The notes below the pieces were generated by a model. That model ran no database searches. It was not told where the DNA came from and saw only the letters and a list, made by a program, of their open reading frames with translations. From positions 183,334,001 through 183,398,000 of the forward strand of contig NC_042997.1 in assembly GCF_006345805.1 (NCBI RefSeq): a stretch of 64,000 bases of DNA, in the 5' to 3' direction. Shown here piece by piece: positions 63,381-64,000 of this stretch (the stretch's first letter is position 1; each line of letters begins with the position of its first letter). Origin of the DNA: Octopus sinensis (lineage: Eukaryota). The position numbers and the translations under genes were made by a program.

Positions 63381-63979
63381 TTATTCACTCATGCAAGCAT
63401 AGTGAAATGAACATTTATAATGGAATAGAGGCAATAATGAAGGCTAAGCTACCTCCCTACCACTTTGATATCCTCTCCTCTATCACTTGATGTCCTATTC
63501 ACTATACTATAAATAAAGAGAGCAGTGGGTCTCACTGCTTCCAATGGACCTGTCTGACATCTAGTCACTGTACCATCCCACCAATGTAATGAAGAATATT
63601 AGACTTATTCATCTTCAATCCCCACCTACTACCATCCTTATCACTATTTAATTTGCTTATCACAAGGCATATGTATAAATGATTTTATCAGATCTTATAT
63701 CACATACGTTCTGCTATTACAATTTCTGTACTTCCAGCCATCACTCCCTCTCCCCTGGACTTGTTATTGACAGTCATCACTCACTCTCCCCTCTCTCTAA
63801 CATCTTAAACTTGCTCCCTTCACCTAGTTACCGTGATTTTTTTTTTAAATGGCTAACATTCTTCTCACAATAAAAGATACCATCAATTTACTTCTAGCCA
63901 TGAAATATATTATTTAGATTAATATGAGGAATTTCATAATTCCTGACAAAATCAAAATAACTATTACAAACCAACGTAC

Positions 63980-64000
63980 CACCAACAAAATCTTCAAATT
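63980..64000 (-). CDS. TRPC4AP: Probable 3' end of the next upstream TRPC4AP exon (FEDFVG), cut by the window edge
   Basis: GTACGT donor on the minus strand with phase 1 matching the next exon; only 21 nt visible. Confidence 0.45.

Overview
AT-rich animal genomic DNA. The SINE/RTE repeat content looks like octopus (inferred from recalled repeat families, not searched). Two spliced genes converge. TCAIM (+) has six coding exons at 25760-40214, including a GC-AG intron, and its N-terminal HPD/J-like exons were not found. TRPC4AP (-) has 14 complete coding exons plus one tentative partial exon, runs from beyond 64000 to a stop at 45946, and has consistent intron phases. Introns and intergenic DNA are packed with RTE and CR1/L2 LINE fragments, tRNA-derived SINEs, MITEs, a Helitron, a 604-bp foldback element, a Penelope-like remnant and long (TA)n tracts. 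The most unusual feature is an intronless ORF at 7037-7923, broken by a single frameshift. Repaired, it encodes a ~295-aa probably disordered protein with an NLS, a SUMO-interacting motif (VVDLTDSD) and an exact histone H3 K4-S10 mimic (KQTARKS) that the ORF track misses. Homology calls come from remembered protein sequences, and repeat boundaries without TSDs are approximate.
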